Below the pieces are notes generated by a model. The model saw nothing but the letters and a program-made list of their open reading frames with translations, was not told where the DNA came from and made no database searches. Of a stretch of DNA of 64,000 nt, positions 16,601 to 44,098 are shown piece by piece. The translations under genes were made by a program, and so were the position numbers. The stretch lies in assembly GCA_012295275.1 (NCBI GenBank), contig CM022666.1, positions 16,368,001-16,432,000 on the forward strand. The letters are read 5' to 3'. The stretch is from Chrysomallon squamiferum (lineage: Eukaryota; Animalia; Mollusca). Numbering within the stretch: the first letter of the stretch is position 1; every line of letters begins with the position of its first letter.

Positions 16601-18338
16601 AACATGCTTGTGTCAACTGGTTGGAATGGGAAAAAACATAGATCACACTGAACAGGTTTGATGCTGTGTAGTTTGATATTTCTAATTCCTGAACAGTAGA
16701 AAACTTTACTTTGTTGTTGTTACTAAAATTAAAACATCTGTTTGCATTTTACTAGCTTTAAAATATTTTTTTGTTTTTTAATTAATATGATTCATATTTC
16801 TGTACCAGCAGTCAGATTCAATGATATGTGAACCAGTTAATCTAGTAGAAGATGAAAATTAATATTAAACTCAGTTTTGTAACAACATATATATACATAT
16901 ATGTATGTGTATGCATCTAATTTATCTATCTATATAAAACATGTATATGTATTTTTATGTGTATGTGTTTTTATATATATATTATTTTTTTTGATTTTTC
17001 TGAATTATATGTTTTTAGGTTTTCCAAATCCTGCAGTAGCAGAAGCTTACCTGAACCCACCCATAGACGACTCTAAAGAGACATTTACCTGGGGATTACC
17101 TGACCTTGACCTACTGAGAAAATATCCTTTATTTCAGAAATAAATATATAAATTTAATAATAATAATAATAATAAAAGCACTAATAACAGTAAAGACAGT
17201 ATCTACAGTAATGACAATGAAAATGGTTCTAACAACAGTAATAAAAGTTTAAAAAGATAATACTGCAAACAGCACAGTTAATAATTGCAGTGATTATTGT
17301 AAAGGAGTAAAGATCTTTAACTACAGACATTTGCCAGTGAGAAGATTGGATGGAGTCAACAGAAAACTGACAGTCTGATTTTACCTGTTATGAAACAGCT
17401 CAACGAGAAAAAGGTAAAACATTTTACCTTGTCTTACTTCTACTACTACTGCTATCCGTGTCACTACTATTATTACTACTACAATTACTATTACTATTAT
17501 TACTCTTACTACTGTCACTACTATTATTACTACTACAACTACTATTACTGTTATTACTCTTACTACTGTCACTACTATTATTACTACTACAACTACTATT
17601 AATAGCATCACCACTACTGTTACTACCACTATTTCTACTATTAATCTTACCAGTATTTCTATTACAATTCCTTCTGTTGATACTACTGGTGCAAAACGGT
17701 TACCATTACCTACCACTATTACTACTACTATTTCTACTAATATTGATTTTCTATATATTCCTTCTGTTGATACTACTGGTGCTAAAACAAATACCAGAAC
17801 CTACTACTATTATTACTCATTCAATACTACTGCTATTTTATTTTATTTATTATTACTTGTTACTTTATTTTATTTTATTTTGTTTTTAGTTTTTATTTTA
17901 TTTTATTTTATTTTACTTTTTTAATTTTTTTCATTTTATTTTTTTTTTTTTTATTTTTATTTTTATTTTATTTTTTATTTTAGACCCAGTCCAAAATCAA
18001 CAGTTATTTTCAACCAGAAAATTTCATCGAAGTTCCAAAGCTTGCCAGTCAGAGAATCAAGCGAGCTTTGAACAGGATTAACAAGACTCCGCAAAGTGAG
18101 GACACAAATGAAGTCAGAATCAAAAAAGCCAAACAGGTCATTGCCAACGAGAAAAAAGTGGGGAGAGGAAGGGGAAGGGGGAGGGGTCTCTCAGGAGTGA
18201 AAGAGGGAAGCAGGGGCAGGGGTAAGGGCCAGGGGAGGTAGGAAAGGTGTGATTGAAAGAAAAGGGGAGAAACAAAAGATAGAAAGAAAGGTGAAGGATG
18301 AAGTAGAACTGTCTGAAGATAGTTCCAGCGAAGGATGA
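6981..18338 (+). CDS. ERCC5: DNA excision repair endonuclease XPG/ERCC5 (Rad2 family)
   Basis: 15 exons: 6981-7068, 7374-7549, 7749-7945, 8233-8305, 8942-9082, 9567-9848, 10223-10925, 11274-11556, 12557-12676, 13682-13895, 15645-15789, 16415-16500, 17019-17121, 17329-17413, 17984-18338. XPG-N: MGVQGLW...LAVDVSIW...PVFVFDG. UBM-like: [14 protein letters not shown]: [34 protein letters not shown] box: QSKINSYF. Needs one extra base in exon 8. As assembled the last exon stops at 18241; removing one base near 18230 extends it to 18338. Confidence 0.96.
7069..7373 (+). other. U12-type (minor spliceosome) GT-AG intron 1 of ERCC5
   Basis: 5' splice site GTATCCTTT at 7069-7077. Branch-like TACTTAAC at 7358-7365 lies just upstream of AG 7372-7373, with no polypyrimidine tract between them. 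Confidence 0.9.
13882..15140 (+). repeat. 43-bp minisatellite (~29 copies) containing the ERCC5 exon-10 donor
   Basis: Unit agaatctcagttag|gtaggtagtgactagtacacaaactagac. The first copy overlaps the last 14 nt of the exon, and the copies are near-identical. Confidence 0.97.
16050..16105 (-). mobile_element. Possible degenerate tRNA-derived SINE fragment
   Basis: B-box-like GGTTCAACTCC on the minus strand (16075-16065) in a GC-richer island of an AT-rich intron. No clear A box. Confidence 0.3.
17122..17328 (+). other. U12-type AT-AC intron of ERCC5
   Basis: 5' splice site ATATCCTTT at 17122-17130, branch TCTTTAAC at 17314-17321, terminal AC at 17327-17328. Splicing joins PDLDLLRK to FASEKIGW in frame. 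Confidence 0.92.
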
Positions 18339-18630
18339 ATGATGAGTAAATTTCAGTGTCACATTAGATGAAATTTCAATGTTGCATCACAAGAAATGAT
18401 TAATTTTCTATATCATATGTGATGAAATGATTAATTTTTCAAATTGTTTATGATGAAATGGTTAATTTTCTATATCATATGTGATGATTAATTTTCTATA
18501 TCATGGTGAAATTGTTAATTTTCTACATCATTTGATGAAATGATTAATTTTGAATATCATTTATGGTGAAATAGTGAATTTTCTATATAATATATGATGA
18601 AATGATTAATTTTCTATATCATTTATGATA
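18335..18630 (+). repeat. ~31-bp tandem repeat starting at the ERCC5 stop codon (3' UTR)
   Basis: Unit gatgaaatgattaattttctatatcatatgt, roughly 8-9 degenerate copies. Confidence 0.8.
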
Positions 18631-19534
18631 GTTTTGAATAGTTGAAATAATGATTATATTTAATTAAGACCATGGATAAATGATTATATCACATCATTTA
18701 TAAACACATGAATGAAAATACATGAAGTATGAATGATGACAAACTTAAGTGTCACATTAAATGATTGTTGATGAACTGTGAAATGATTGTAAAATAGAAA
18801 AGAAAACTGTTTTCAGTGATTAATACAAAAATAACTTTTCTATTTTTATTTTTTATAACCATCTTACAGTTAGTAAATTATACATACCCAGACTATTTAT
18901 TAACTTATTTACTTAAATTATTGTTCAACACTCTTGTGAATTATGTGTTATTTTTTCCATATTTTGGGCAATAATGAAAGGTATATTTGAGCATTCAGCT
19001 TTGTTAATTTTTTTACACTCAAGCAGCCACACACACACACACACACACGTGTAAATACTGCAATAAATAGACATCTGTATTATATACCTGGATATGTTTT
19101 ACACTGTAATGTATTTCCAAAAATTTATTTTTGTATTTCTCTACATACACATGAAATATTGTTAATAAAAGGGATTTATCACACTGTTTATTTTTGTTTT
19201 TAATTTGTTTTTAATCCCTAAGTTTTGCACGTATATATATTTGTTATTTAATTGAAGGCAAGTGAGATAAAATGAATATATAAATATTTTAAAAGAATAT
19301 TATAGTTGCTGATCAATAATATGATGACAGATTTAATTTGGATTTTACAATTATTGTGTCTTTGGGAGGTTTTTTTGTTTTTTTTTTCACATTTTTTGTT
19401 GTCGTTGCTTCTTATATTAATATCATGAAAGTATGATCCAATACAGGTATATGGAAACATTTCATAAAATATTATACATCACTAGACAGAGCAAAAAATA
19501 CATGTTGAAATGACACCAAAATCTGAACAATAGT

Positions 19535-19626
19535 TTGTTGTTTATTGAACAACACAGGTTTTGTTTGTTGTTTATTGAACAACAAAGTTTTGTTTGTTGT
19601 TTATTAACACAAGTTTTGTTTATAAT

Positions 19627-19648
<22 letters not shown>
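19535..19648 (-). repeat. ~29-bp tandem copies of the CaaX/stop/AATAAA end of the EF-hand gene
   Basis: The minus-strand sequence aaaacctgtgttgttcAATAAA recurs about 4 times; the first copy is the coding K-T-C-V-V-Q-stop. Confidence 0.85.
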
Positions 19649-28591
<8,943 letters not shown>

Positions 28592-28744
28592 TACACGTGA
28601 TTATTTGTCTTCACAATGCTTACCTGCGTATTTACCTGTAAAAACAACATTAAAAATAGATACCTTTAATTAACGCAACACTTTCCACGTTGTCGAGTCG
28701 GAGTTGATGATGTTTGCACCTCGTCAGATTCACATTTATTAATA

Positions 28745-29250
28745 ACAGGTAGATTCCATACAGGTATTTTAATTACAGGTAGATTTAATACAGATTTATT
28801 AATTACAGGTAAATTTCAAACAGGCATATTAATTGTAGGTAGAATTACAGATATATTAATCACAGGTAAATTTCAAACAGGCATATTAATTATAGGTTGA
28901 TTTTATACAAGTTATATTAATTACAGGTATATTTCAAACACACATATATTAATTATAGGTAGATTTTATACGGGTATATTAACTACAGTTTTATTTCTTG
29001 CAAGTTTATTAATTAAAATAGATTTCATATAGGTATATTATATTACAAGGTAGATTTTATACAAATAAGGTTTCATACCTGTAATATTAATTACATGTAT
29101 ATTTCATACAGGTGAATTTGATGCAGGATAATTAATTACAGTTAGATTTCATGCGAGCATACTAATTAAAGGCAGATTTCATATCGGTGTATTAATTACA
29201 AGTAGAATGCATAAAGATATATATAATTTTAAATTTAATACAGGTATTTC
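28745..29250. repeat. Degenerate ~30-bp (2x15) tandem repeat rich in TACAGGTA
   Basis: Unit approximately aattacaggtagatttcatacaggtatatt, roughly 16 decaying copies in the intron upstream of the EF-hand gene start exon. Confidence 0.8.
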
Positions 29251-30177
29251 ACATACATACTTATTTTACATTGTTTTATCTAAAAGCATCTTTTTACAGT
29301 GATGGAACAAGTTCCTACCGCTCTTTTAGTGAAAGTCAAAGACAATATTTAAATATTGTACATTGAATCATTCAACCACATACGTGCCATTTTGTTTCAG
29401 TACCTTTCGCCATCTTTGAATGAGCTTCGTGATTTCATCCTCCCAGAACTTTTTTTTTTTTTTTTTATGACGAACTCGTTAAAACACTACAAACTTTTGT
29501 TCCAAGCGAATACAGAGAAATGCAAGTCCAGATATACCTTCAAACACCTGTGTTTAAACTAACGAAGTATCGAGACCTGAATACCTATAAAAACTATTCA
29601 GTCAGATATTTACTGTTTTCTCTTTAACAATGGTCGTATAACAATAATCGCCAGTAATTAATATACCGTGATAAAACTTCATTTCTAGGCTTTTTGTATT
29701 AATTATTAACACTAACTACGTTAATACAAGTACCAGAATATATAAACACAGACGCAAACTGATAAGATACCTGTGCGTGACTGTTTTTTATTCATGTTGA
29801 TATATGTTGATGTGAGTTTATGTATATACGTGTTTGTCTATGTATATATGTATCGTTACATGTGTTTATCTATATGTATTATGTAAGTATGTATATATAT
29901 ATGTGGGCTACATTTGCAGAATGTTTTTCGTGAATATGTTTGCATTTGTTTGTAATTATACATGCATGTGTGTACAGAATACAAAAATACAGCAACTCTA
30001 AACAGTATTAATACTACAAATTATAATTAATAATTTAGAAAACAGAGAGACATATATTAACAATGTTTATGTATAAAAAAGTGACTTACCAGACAAACTT
30101 TCAGAGTGTTTTGACGTTCACGCAATAATACACCAGGTACAACAAGTCTGAACAGCCTAAGTCAGACGTATTAAAAA

Positions 30178-30211
30178 ATTGTTAGGAACGATAATTAAGC
30201 TGCTTAGGAAC
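30178..30211. promoter_or_regulatory. Two RFX X-box-like motifs near the probable first non-coding exon of the EF-hand gene
   Basis: ATTGTTAGGAAC (30178-30189) and GCTGCTTAGGAAC (30199-30211) resemble GTTGCT(A/T)AGGAAC. A minus-strand donor ctg|gtaagt lies at about 30088. Confidence 0.3.
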
Positions 30212-30369
30212 TCGCTCACAAGAGTCAGTAATCTGATTGTGATTAAGTCACTTTGTTGTGGTATTACAAGCTTATTTGTTAGGTAATAATAATAAAGTTA
30301 ACACAAGTCATGTTATGACTACCATCATCATATTTTATTTTGTTTCCTCTGTTTTACTGTTGCGATTAT

Positions 30370-30461
<92 letters not shown>

Positions 30462-32108
30462 ATTCATCTATAGTAAAACTTTTCAAATTAAAAAGTTTGG
30501 TTAGGAAGGGTGGTTGGTTTACTGAGGTTTCATTTAGGTATTTGTCAAATCTTTGGATTGCTGAAGTCCAGTTTAGTGAGGGTCTGGTTTCAAGAAGTTT
30601 CACTGTAAATACTTCTTAATGAAGTAAAATAATTAAAATATGGAGAAATAGAAGAAGAAATGAAAAAAGAAGAAAAGAAAGAAAAAATTATAAGAAATAA
30701 TACACAGAAAAAAAGAAGAAAACAATGAATTAAAAAGAAAGAAAGAAAAACAAAAAAATTAAAACATTTTCTATTTTCAACAATTTTTATTACATGGTCC
30801 AATGAAACTTTTACATGTGGATTTGTCTAAACTGAAACATGACCACAAAAAAGTCTGGATGAAACAAAGAAATCTGCAAAATGAAACAGCCAAGATACTA
30901 ATTATTTTTATTTAAAAGAGAAAAAAACTTTGATATATAATATTATTATATTGCACACTTTGGTTCCAGAACAGAATATATCATTTCAGGTGTAATATAT
31001 ATTGTATATACAGCCAATATTATGTATTACCACATGTATGTATGTGTGTCTATATATATATACACACACACAGCTAGACAAATGGATATAATTTTAACTT
31101 TAGCTAATATTGATTTGCTTAAAGGCAGTCTCTATGTAGACACATCTGATTATCAATATATGATATGATAAACTGATATAAAACTGCTATCACTTAGATA
31201 TATCTTCTGTTCACAGTATTTCAAAGTGGACAGAACTGTGACTGACCTACATGATTGTCTAAACACAGTTTATAAATGTAACTGTATTATTTAGATAACT
31301 GAAACATCTGTTGATACTGTGACCTTAGCAAAAACATATATATGTATATTTGTGTGTATAGAATAATAATGATGATGATGTTAATAATAAAAAAATCATA
31401 ATAACATTAATAGTAATGATATTAACACTAATAATAAGAATAAGAATAGTAATAATAACATTCATAATAACATTCATAATTACTACTAATAATAATGACA
31501 TAAAAGCGTGTCCTATGTGATATTAGCAAATTTTGCTTTATCTAATATAAAATGTTTATGACATCAAATATTACAACACTTTACTCTTTGTGATGATAAC
31601 AGTCTACTCCTTCCAGTATTCAAACAACTTACAGTATCTGATATTAAAACAACTTACAGTATCTGATATTAAAACTTTATCTGATATTAGAGTCCATAAT
31701 GAAGCAAATTACTTTAAAATGAATGAAAAGTTCAATCTGTCTTATTAAAAGTTTATCCCATTCCAACCATGCCCCACTTATTTATTTAAAAACAAGTCTG
31801 TGTTTAGTTGCTGTTAATAGATAAAAGTAACCCACTTAGTGACAGCAAGTTTCCTCTGTTAGAAAAATCTACACACATAACAATAAACACTATTAAAATG
31901 TATATTGGTGTATAAGTGTAAACCTGCATGTATATATGCAGTGATTTTTCAGTCAAATCACTAAGCATGCATGAAACACACTGAAATAACATGATGTAAT
32001 TTGTCTTGCTTTAAAAATAAATATAAAGGTGATGCGTGTGTATAATATATACATCACATCACTCATTCTATTTAATTTTTATTAGTATCTTAAATATATG
32101 AGAAAAAT

Positions 32109-32181
<73 letters not shown>

Positions 32182-34453
32182 CTATATGGACATTTAAAAA
32201 GTACAGGTAAAAATGTACAAAGAAAAAAGTAAATATTTAAAACAGATGGTCCCAGGGCAGACAACTCCAGGAAACAATTTTCTCAAATAAAAACCTGAAC
32301 CAAAACTTTCAACTACTTGTATGATAGAAATGTTTTTAAAAGTTAAGCATGTTGACAATCCATTATCCAAAATATAACTAGTATAAAAGTTTATTCTGTA
32401 ATATTTTAAAAGAAAAGATAATATTAGTGTTAATAATAATAATAATAATACCAATAATAATAATAAAAAAATAATACCAATAATAATAATAATAATAATA
32501 AAAACCATACTAATAACTTCGAGTGATTCCTATTTTATCTAGATGTTGAATTATTTAGAAACTGGAAATTTGATAGAAGTCTCATTATAAAGAGACACAA
32601 AACAAAGTTACAAGACTGTAAAGATGAAAAACTGATGTTAAGTATTTGTATGCACATATCTATAGCTCAGACTTCAACAGTTTACAAGATGAAGTCATTT
32701 TGTAAAATGCTATAAAATATTCTTGTCAAAGTTGACAGAAAAAAGTATTTAAAAAAACTGACTAAAAATAGTCACAATAGTTTGCTGAAATTTGTAATGA
32801 TTATTTCTGTAAATAATGCAGCAGTCAAAAACACACACACACATACACATGCATACCTCTGCATACATTCACTTTTTTAAGCATAATAAATTTCAGTACA
32901 ATGCACAAGTTAAACCCTGATCTTATAAGACAAATACTTTGTAATTACTGATGTAAAATTAAGCTACAATTAATAAGCAAAACAACTATAAAATTCTGTA
33001 ATGCAAAGTGATAAGCTGTATTTACTGTTGTATGATAAAATATATTTTTACAAATAACTGATTTGTTTCTTTTTAATGTGTTCTTATAGTAAATTGTTTC
33101 TATATATATATATTTTGTGTAATAATTATTTTAATTTTTCTGTTAAAAGTTCATATTGTGGTATTAAGAAACAGAATAATAACTGTCTGTATGCTTACAA
33201 CTGACTGGGTCTTTCTTTAAGTGTCACTTAAACTTTGTTAATAATAAAGTCTGAGGAAAATTTAAACAGAATTGATGGTATTGAGTAAGGAAAATGTACA
33301 AAAGTTTCTGACTATTTGTGCTTATTGTTACTTTTGATTTATTTATTTAAAAAAGGGACAATGTCCACATTTCATTATATTGTTATTAGCAAATGTTGGC
33401 CACCTGTGTTAAAAACATAACTTGGAAATATATAAAACTGTTCATACCATGGCAGGTATGAACAAAATGATTGTACATAAACATGATAGATTCTATTAAT
33501 AGTAAAATGATATGAATGTCAGTAATATATATATATATTTGATTTAAGGAATACAATTATTGCAAAAATTGGCAGTGAAGTAAATAAAGAAAATGAAAAC
33601 CAATTACATACAACATGAATATCCATATGACATGGAGGCAATACAATAAGGGAGATAACTGATTTGAAATAATACTGGAAGAGAACTTGTGCTTTTGAAA
33701 ATATTAAATAAATTCAAGATCTGTCGTAACTGATAGATTGTTAAAAAACATGTTACTAATACAGAAATATGGTCAGTAAACAATGTTGTTACAGTATGTT
33801 CAGCAACATCAACTACAACATTTGAAACGACTGTACAGTCAAACAGGCTAGAGTTGTCTTTCACTTGGTCATGTGACATATATATATATATATATATATA
33901 TGAGTATTTTACTTTCATTAATAAACTTATGTGAGCCAGAATCTATTTTTTATTTAATCGTTTTTTTTTTTTTTTTTTTTTTTAATATAAATACTGTTTT
34001 ATACTGTTTCAACTGACTTAATAAAGACATGAAACATTTTAAAACTTCTCAAGTCATTTTAAGAATACACTGCAATACGTTCTGTCTGTTATATAACACT
34101 AAACTGGTGTTTGTCTCTGCATACAAAATATAACAAACACTGTGAAATCATTACAGACAGACAGACACAGTCAGGTGTCAGTATTAAATTTACATCTGGT
34201 ATGTACATTAAACAGTCACATTATCACACACCTGTAGTCTACCCTGTACAACAACACTTACATTTAAAATATTTTAAACCATACATAAATAAATACGTAG
34301 AGACATGATAACATTAATTATCTCACAGACTACCTTCTGTCAATCACACCTTGATGGTTAAATGTTTTCATTTATCTACCACATAAGTATTTCTTTCTTT
34401 TCCTCCAGTTCCTTTCTTATTTTTATACTGAGGTGTTACAAGTCAATTTCCTT

Positions 34454-34651
<198 letters not shown>

Positions 34652-34867
34652 GTTATCTCTCTCTCATTAGTTAAGTATGTAGATCCAGGTCTGCAGTATG
34701 TAACAAAATTAACTAAACACTCTCAGCTCTAGATAACCAGACTGCCTCATGTTAATGTCAGTTTATTTCTAGTGCTACTTTTGTATCGAGCAGCACTTTG
34801 GTATTTTGCATGACTAAGAGAACAGTGTGTACAGCAGTGTTCTGCTGTGGTAATCTCCGGGGTGTGG

Positions 34868-39909
<5,042 letters not shown>

Positions 39910-40645
39910 TTTGACATCAGCTGCGGTCAGGGAAAGGGAAAAAATACAATTCACGTACTGTCACATTTTAGCACAGTAGTGCGATTAAACCCAATTAAAA
40001 TCTGTTATCGCCGAGCTGAGTAGAAAACGTGAGAGTATTGCGTTTCTTGTCTGATTATTACCGGAAATCCAAAGTTCATGAATAATTGATTAATTATTAA
40101 ACAAATAATGATCGACTAAACGGTGTTGTTGAAACATGAACAGCTGATAATACAATTTCAGATTATGAACTGAAGAAACTCCGGTTTCAAGCCAGAGTAA
40201 TAATATGCGGCTCCTTCGATGTGCTGCAGAATTTCTGTATGTCCGAATCAAGAACCCAGACAGGTCAGAAAGAGAAAAATAAATAACATTTCATTGAAAC
40301 ATTCCCACCACGTTTTTCACCGCAAATGTGCCGTCTGCTCAGTGTTACAGTTATTCCAACAGACGCCGAATCTGCACGTGTTTTGCTGCGCGTGACCCTG
40401 TGAGTTCAGTAATCTCTTTCTTTCATTTCGAATGAAAATATCGTGCAAATCTTGTATTGTTTACATGCGCACTACGTACGGACTGAGTGACAGGTTACAA
40501 GGCTACATGTTAATCCGGTTCACATTGGCGCTGTTCATTCACCGGCCCCGAACAAGCATAGATGCATTTCTCAAATGACGTAAGACCGTATTTTCCCTTG
40601 TAGTGGTGATTAATCATTATAAATACATCTGGACAAAGGCTGGTG

Positions 40646-40702
<57 letters not shown>

Positions 40703-41029
40703 GAGAGAGAGAGAGAGAGATTTGTTAATTTTATTTGTCTTGTCCGTTTCGCTCTATTAATGGCGTGTAGGCTGTCCACCCACTACTGTATTTACTAGTA
40801 CAGGTCGAGGTGATTAGGTGCGTCCGTTTCATTGTGAAAATATTGTAATCTGTCAGTCGTCAAATATCAGTGTGACTGAAACCTGTCAGCCTTAGATTGG
40901 ATTCAAATACAGCCGAATTAACAAATGCACGCACACACGCACGCGAGCTCTCTATACAATATCCGTCATACAATATCCGATAAACTAATTTTGAAGTTTT
41001 AAAGTTTATTCAAAATCAAAACAGAACAG

Positions 41030-41084
<55 letters not shown>

Positions 41085-42490
41085 TTGAATGGATATATAT
41101 ATAGAAACAGTACGAAACAAACACACAAGATACTTTGTCTTGACCTCGTTCTAACTCATTTGTTATAGACTCGATCAGACGTAGGCTGTTTTGAAGGACA
41201 GGAAGATTAATCAGGCAGTCTGACCTCACTCGCTGAAGAACGAACGTGCTAAATAAAAGAAAAAAAAAAAAAAAGAATTCAGCATACGTTGAAAATACAC
41301 AGGATGTTAGTAGAATATAAGAATAATAATAATGGTGATGATGATGATGATGATGATTGTAGAAGTAATAGTCATGGTAGTAGCTGTAGTAATATACTGT
41401 TCGAAATTTATCGCCAGAAGGAAAACAAGAAAACATGGAGAAAATACTCTGGCGAGAGACCGCTCCTTTTTGCCCTCAAGTTACGTCACAGAAAGCATTA
41501 CGTCATAGTAACTGACTAGCTAGCTGTCTGTCGGAAGAAGACAGTTATTCACAACTTTTTCAGAATGTCGACACTCCAGTTTTAAAGTTTGTTACTGCTT
41601 CGTTTTTCTGGAAACATATATCTAATCTATGTATTGCAGCTTGGCTCAGTTCTATAATTAATACTCGTCCGTTTTGTTTTCTTTCTTTCTTTTTTTTTTT
41701 TTTTGATTTTAATAAATAATAATAATAATAATAATAATAAAGTAATTTATACATATAAATGATATCAGGTAAATTATAAAAGACAAATGACAAGGTTATT
41801 TAAAGAATTTTGAAAGTGAAACTAAAATGACTGTTCAATTTAGTTTTACGAAACCGAAACATCAGACTCCATATCCAGTCGTTTTTAATGTTTATTTTAT
41901 TTTTTTATTTTTTTTTTTTTTTTTTTTTTTAACCAGACTAAACCCACCCCAATTTCATATTAACCTATAATTTTCATGAAGCCAAAAATGATTTTCAATT
42001 GCCAGAAGAAACCGAAAAACAACAAAACAAACAACAACAACAAACAAAAAAAAAATAAACCAACATATTTTTCTAACAAAATAAAAGCACACCTACACAA
42101 GATTCGAGCTTCTAAATGTAGATAAGGAAGAAGTCGTGAAAAAAATCTGTTGAAAACTCGTTTGAGGATTTCCCTGTTTGACTTTAAATCAGTCAGTAAG
42201 GCAACATTGAACTGAAATTATAGAATTATTTCAGACCTTCGAAAGAAAAGTTAACCTACATTTTAATAAATTATGTAGCTCTCAGTTCTCTTCTCCTGTT
42301 TTGTAACTAAAGTCAGAAATTCCTATATAAAACAAATGAGTTCTTGTGTCTGTACCATACACGCATGTGTCTGTATGTACTCATGTATGTGCTTATTTAT
42401 GTATGTACTCATGTATGTGCTTATGTATGTATGTACTCATGTATGTGCTTATGTATGTGTATGTATGTGTGTGTGTGTGTAGTATCTATC

Positions 42491-42531
<41 letters not shown>

Positions 42532-42987
42532 CATAGACATAAAGCCAGAAATAAAACTCATGATAATATATAAAACAGCAAAATTCCAGTTCTTACGAGC
42601 CTCACTGCAGTTTGAGATTCTAACACGAGTAACTTCTGCTTTGACTACTGGAACGTACCGAAGCGAGGCGGATTTCCGTTAGAAAATAAGAATAATGTCT
42701 TAGTGTCAGACAGGCAACTGTTAGACGTGAAAAAGTAAATCAATCTTTTTTTTGTCTTTAGTTACAGATGCGTTGTATGTGAATTAAACTGTATTTAATC
42801 TATGAATTAATATTTGTTTATGGATGAACAATTATCAGTTTATTAATTGAATGAATCTAGAATGTATATATATTAAATGTATGACTGAATATATGTGTAA
42901 TGTGAGAATGGAAGGTCAAAAGATCGATCCTGCTGAGTGTGGTCGTTGGTTTAAAAATGTGTAGACTACTTCCTGTCTGCCGCTAAT

Positions 42988-43050
<63 letters not shown>

Positions 43051-43626
43051 GAAATAAAAAATGAACACGATAGGATGGCAGTGAGTTTATTTCTGATTGT
43101 CTGTGCGCTAACAATAAATATTAAATCATCATACATTAAAACATTTCTTTATTGTTATTTGATAGTTCATAGGTAATATACAGAACATTTGTGGACGGAG
43201 ACTCAGTCTTTCCGATATATTTACGTTTACAGATTAGACAGTAAAGCAGTCTTTGGTGTAAACGAACATTCAAACTTAGAAATGAATTGTTAATTTAACA
43301 GATCTGTGATAAAAAATAAAATACTAATTCAAAAATGTAAACAAGTATTACGATGACCACTTTACTGTATATTATGGTTATTACGGAAACAAACGAATAT
43401 TCCTGAGATTCGTCAAGATTGATAATGAAAAAAAAAAAAAAAGAAAGAAAGAAAGAAAAAAAAGACACATTCCTTAACTTTCCTTAGAAATCTTACAGCT
43501 TACAGTTTATATACAAATTAATTAATGTGTCTTTCTTTCTTCGTTTTTTTTTTTTTTTCTTTTTTTTTCTTAACCAGTACTGACGAAAACTCATGCAAAT
43601 CTTCGTTTGTTTCCGGTTTTTTTAAT

Positions 43627-43843
43627 TTATTGACGAAATTTCACTGTTTTCAGTTTTTCTCTCTTTGAGACAAGGGGTTCAAGTAGGAGTGCAACGGAAC
43701 CGAGCAGGAGGCTGGCTCCTAGGTAGTTGAAACACGAGTTGTACGTCCCCGTGACGTCACGCAGCATTCCTGAAACGTCAAAGAGAAACGTCAAAGTGGG
43801 CGTGAATTTGTTTGTTTGTGTTCTCTGGATTAGTCTGTATATT

Positions 43844-43880
<37 letters not shown>

Positions 43881-43917
43881 CATATATATGTATAGAGATA
43901 GATAGATAGATAGATAG

Positions 43918-43949
<32 letters not shown>

Positions 43950-44018
43950 GATGGATAGATAGATAGATAGATAGACAGGTATACATATATATATATACAG
44001 AGAGAGATAGATAGATAG

Positions 44019-44098
<80 letters not shown>

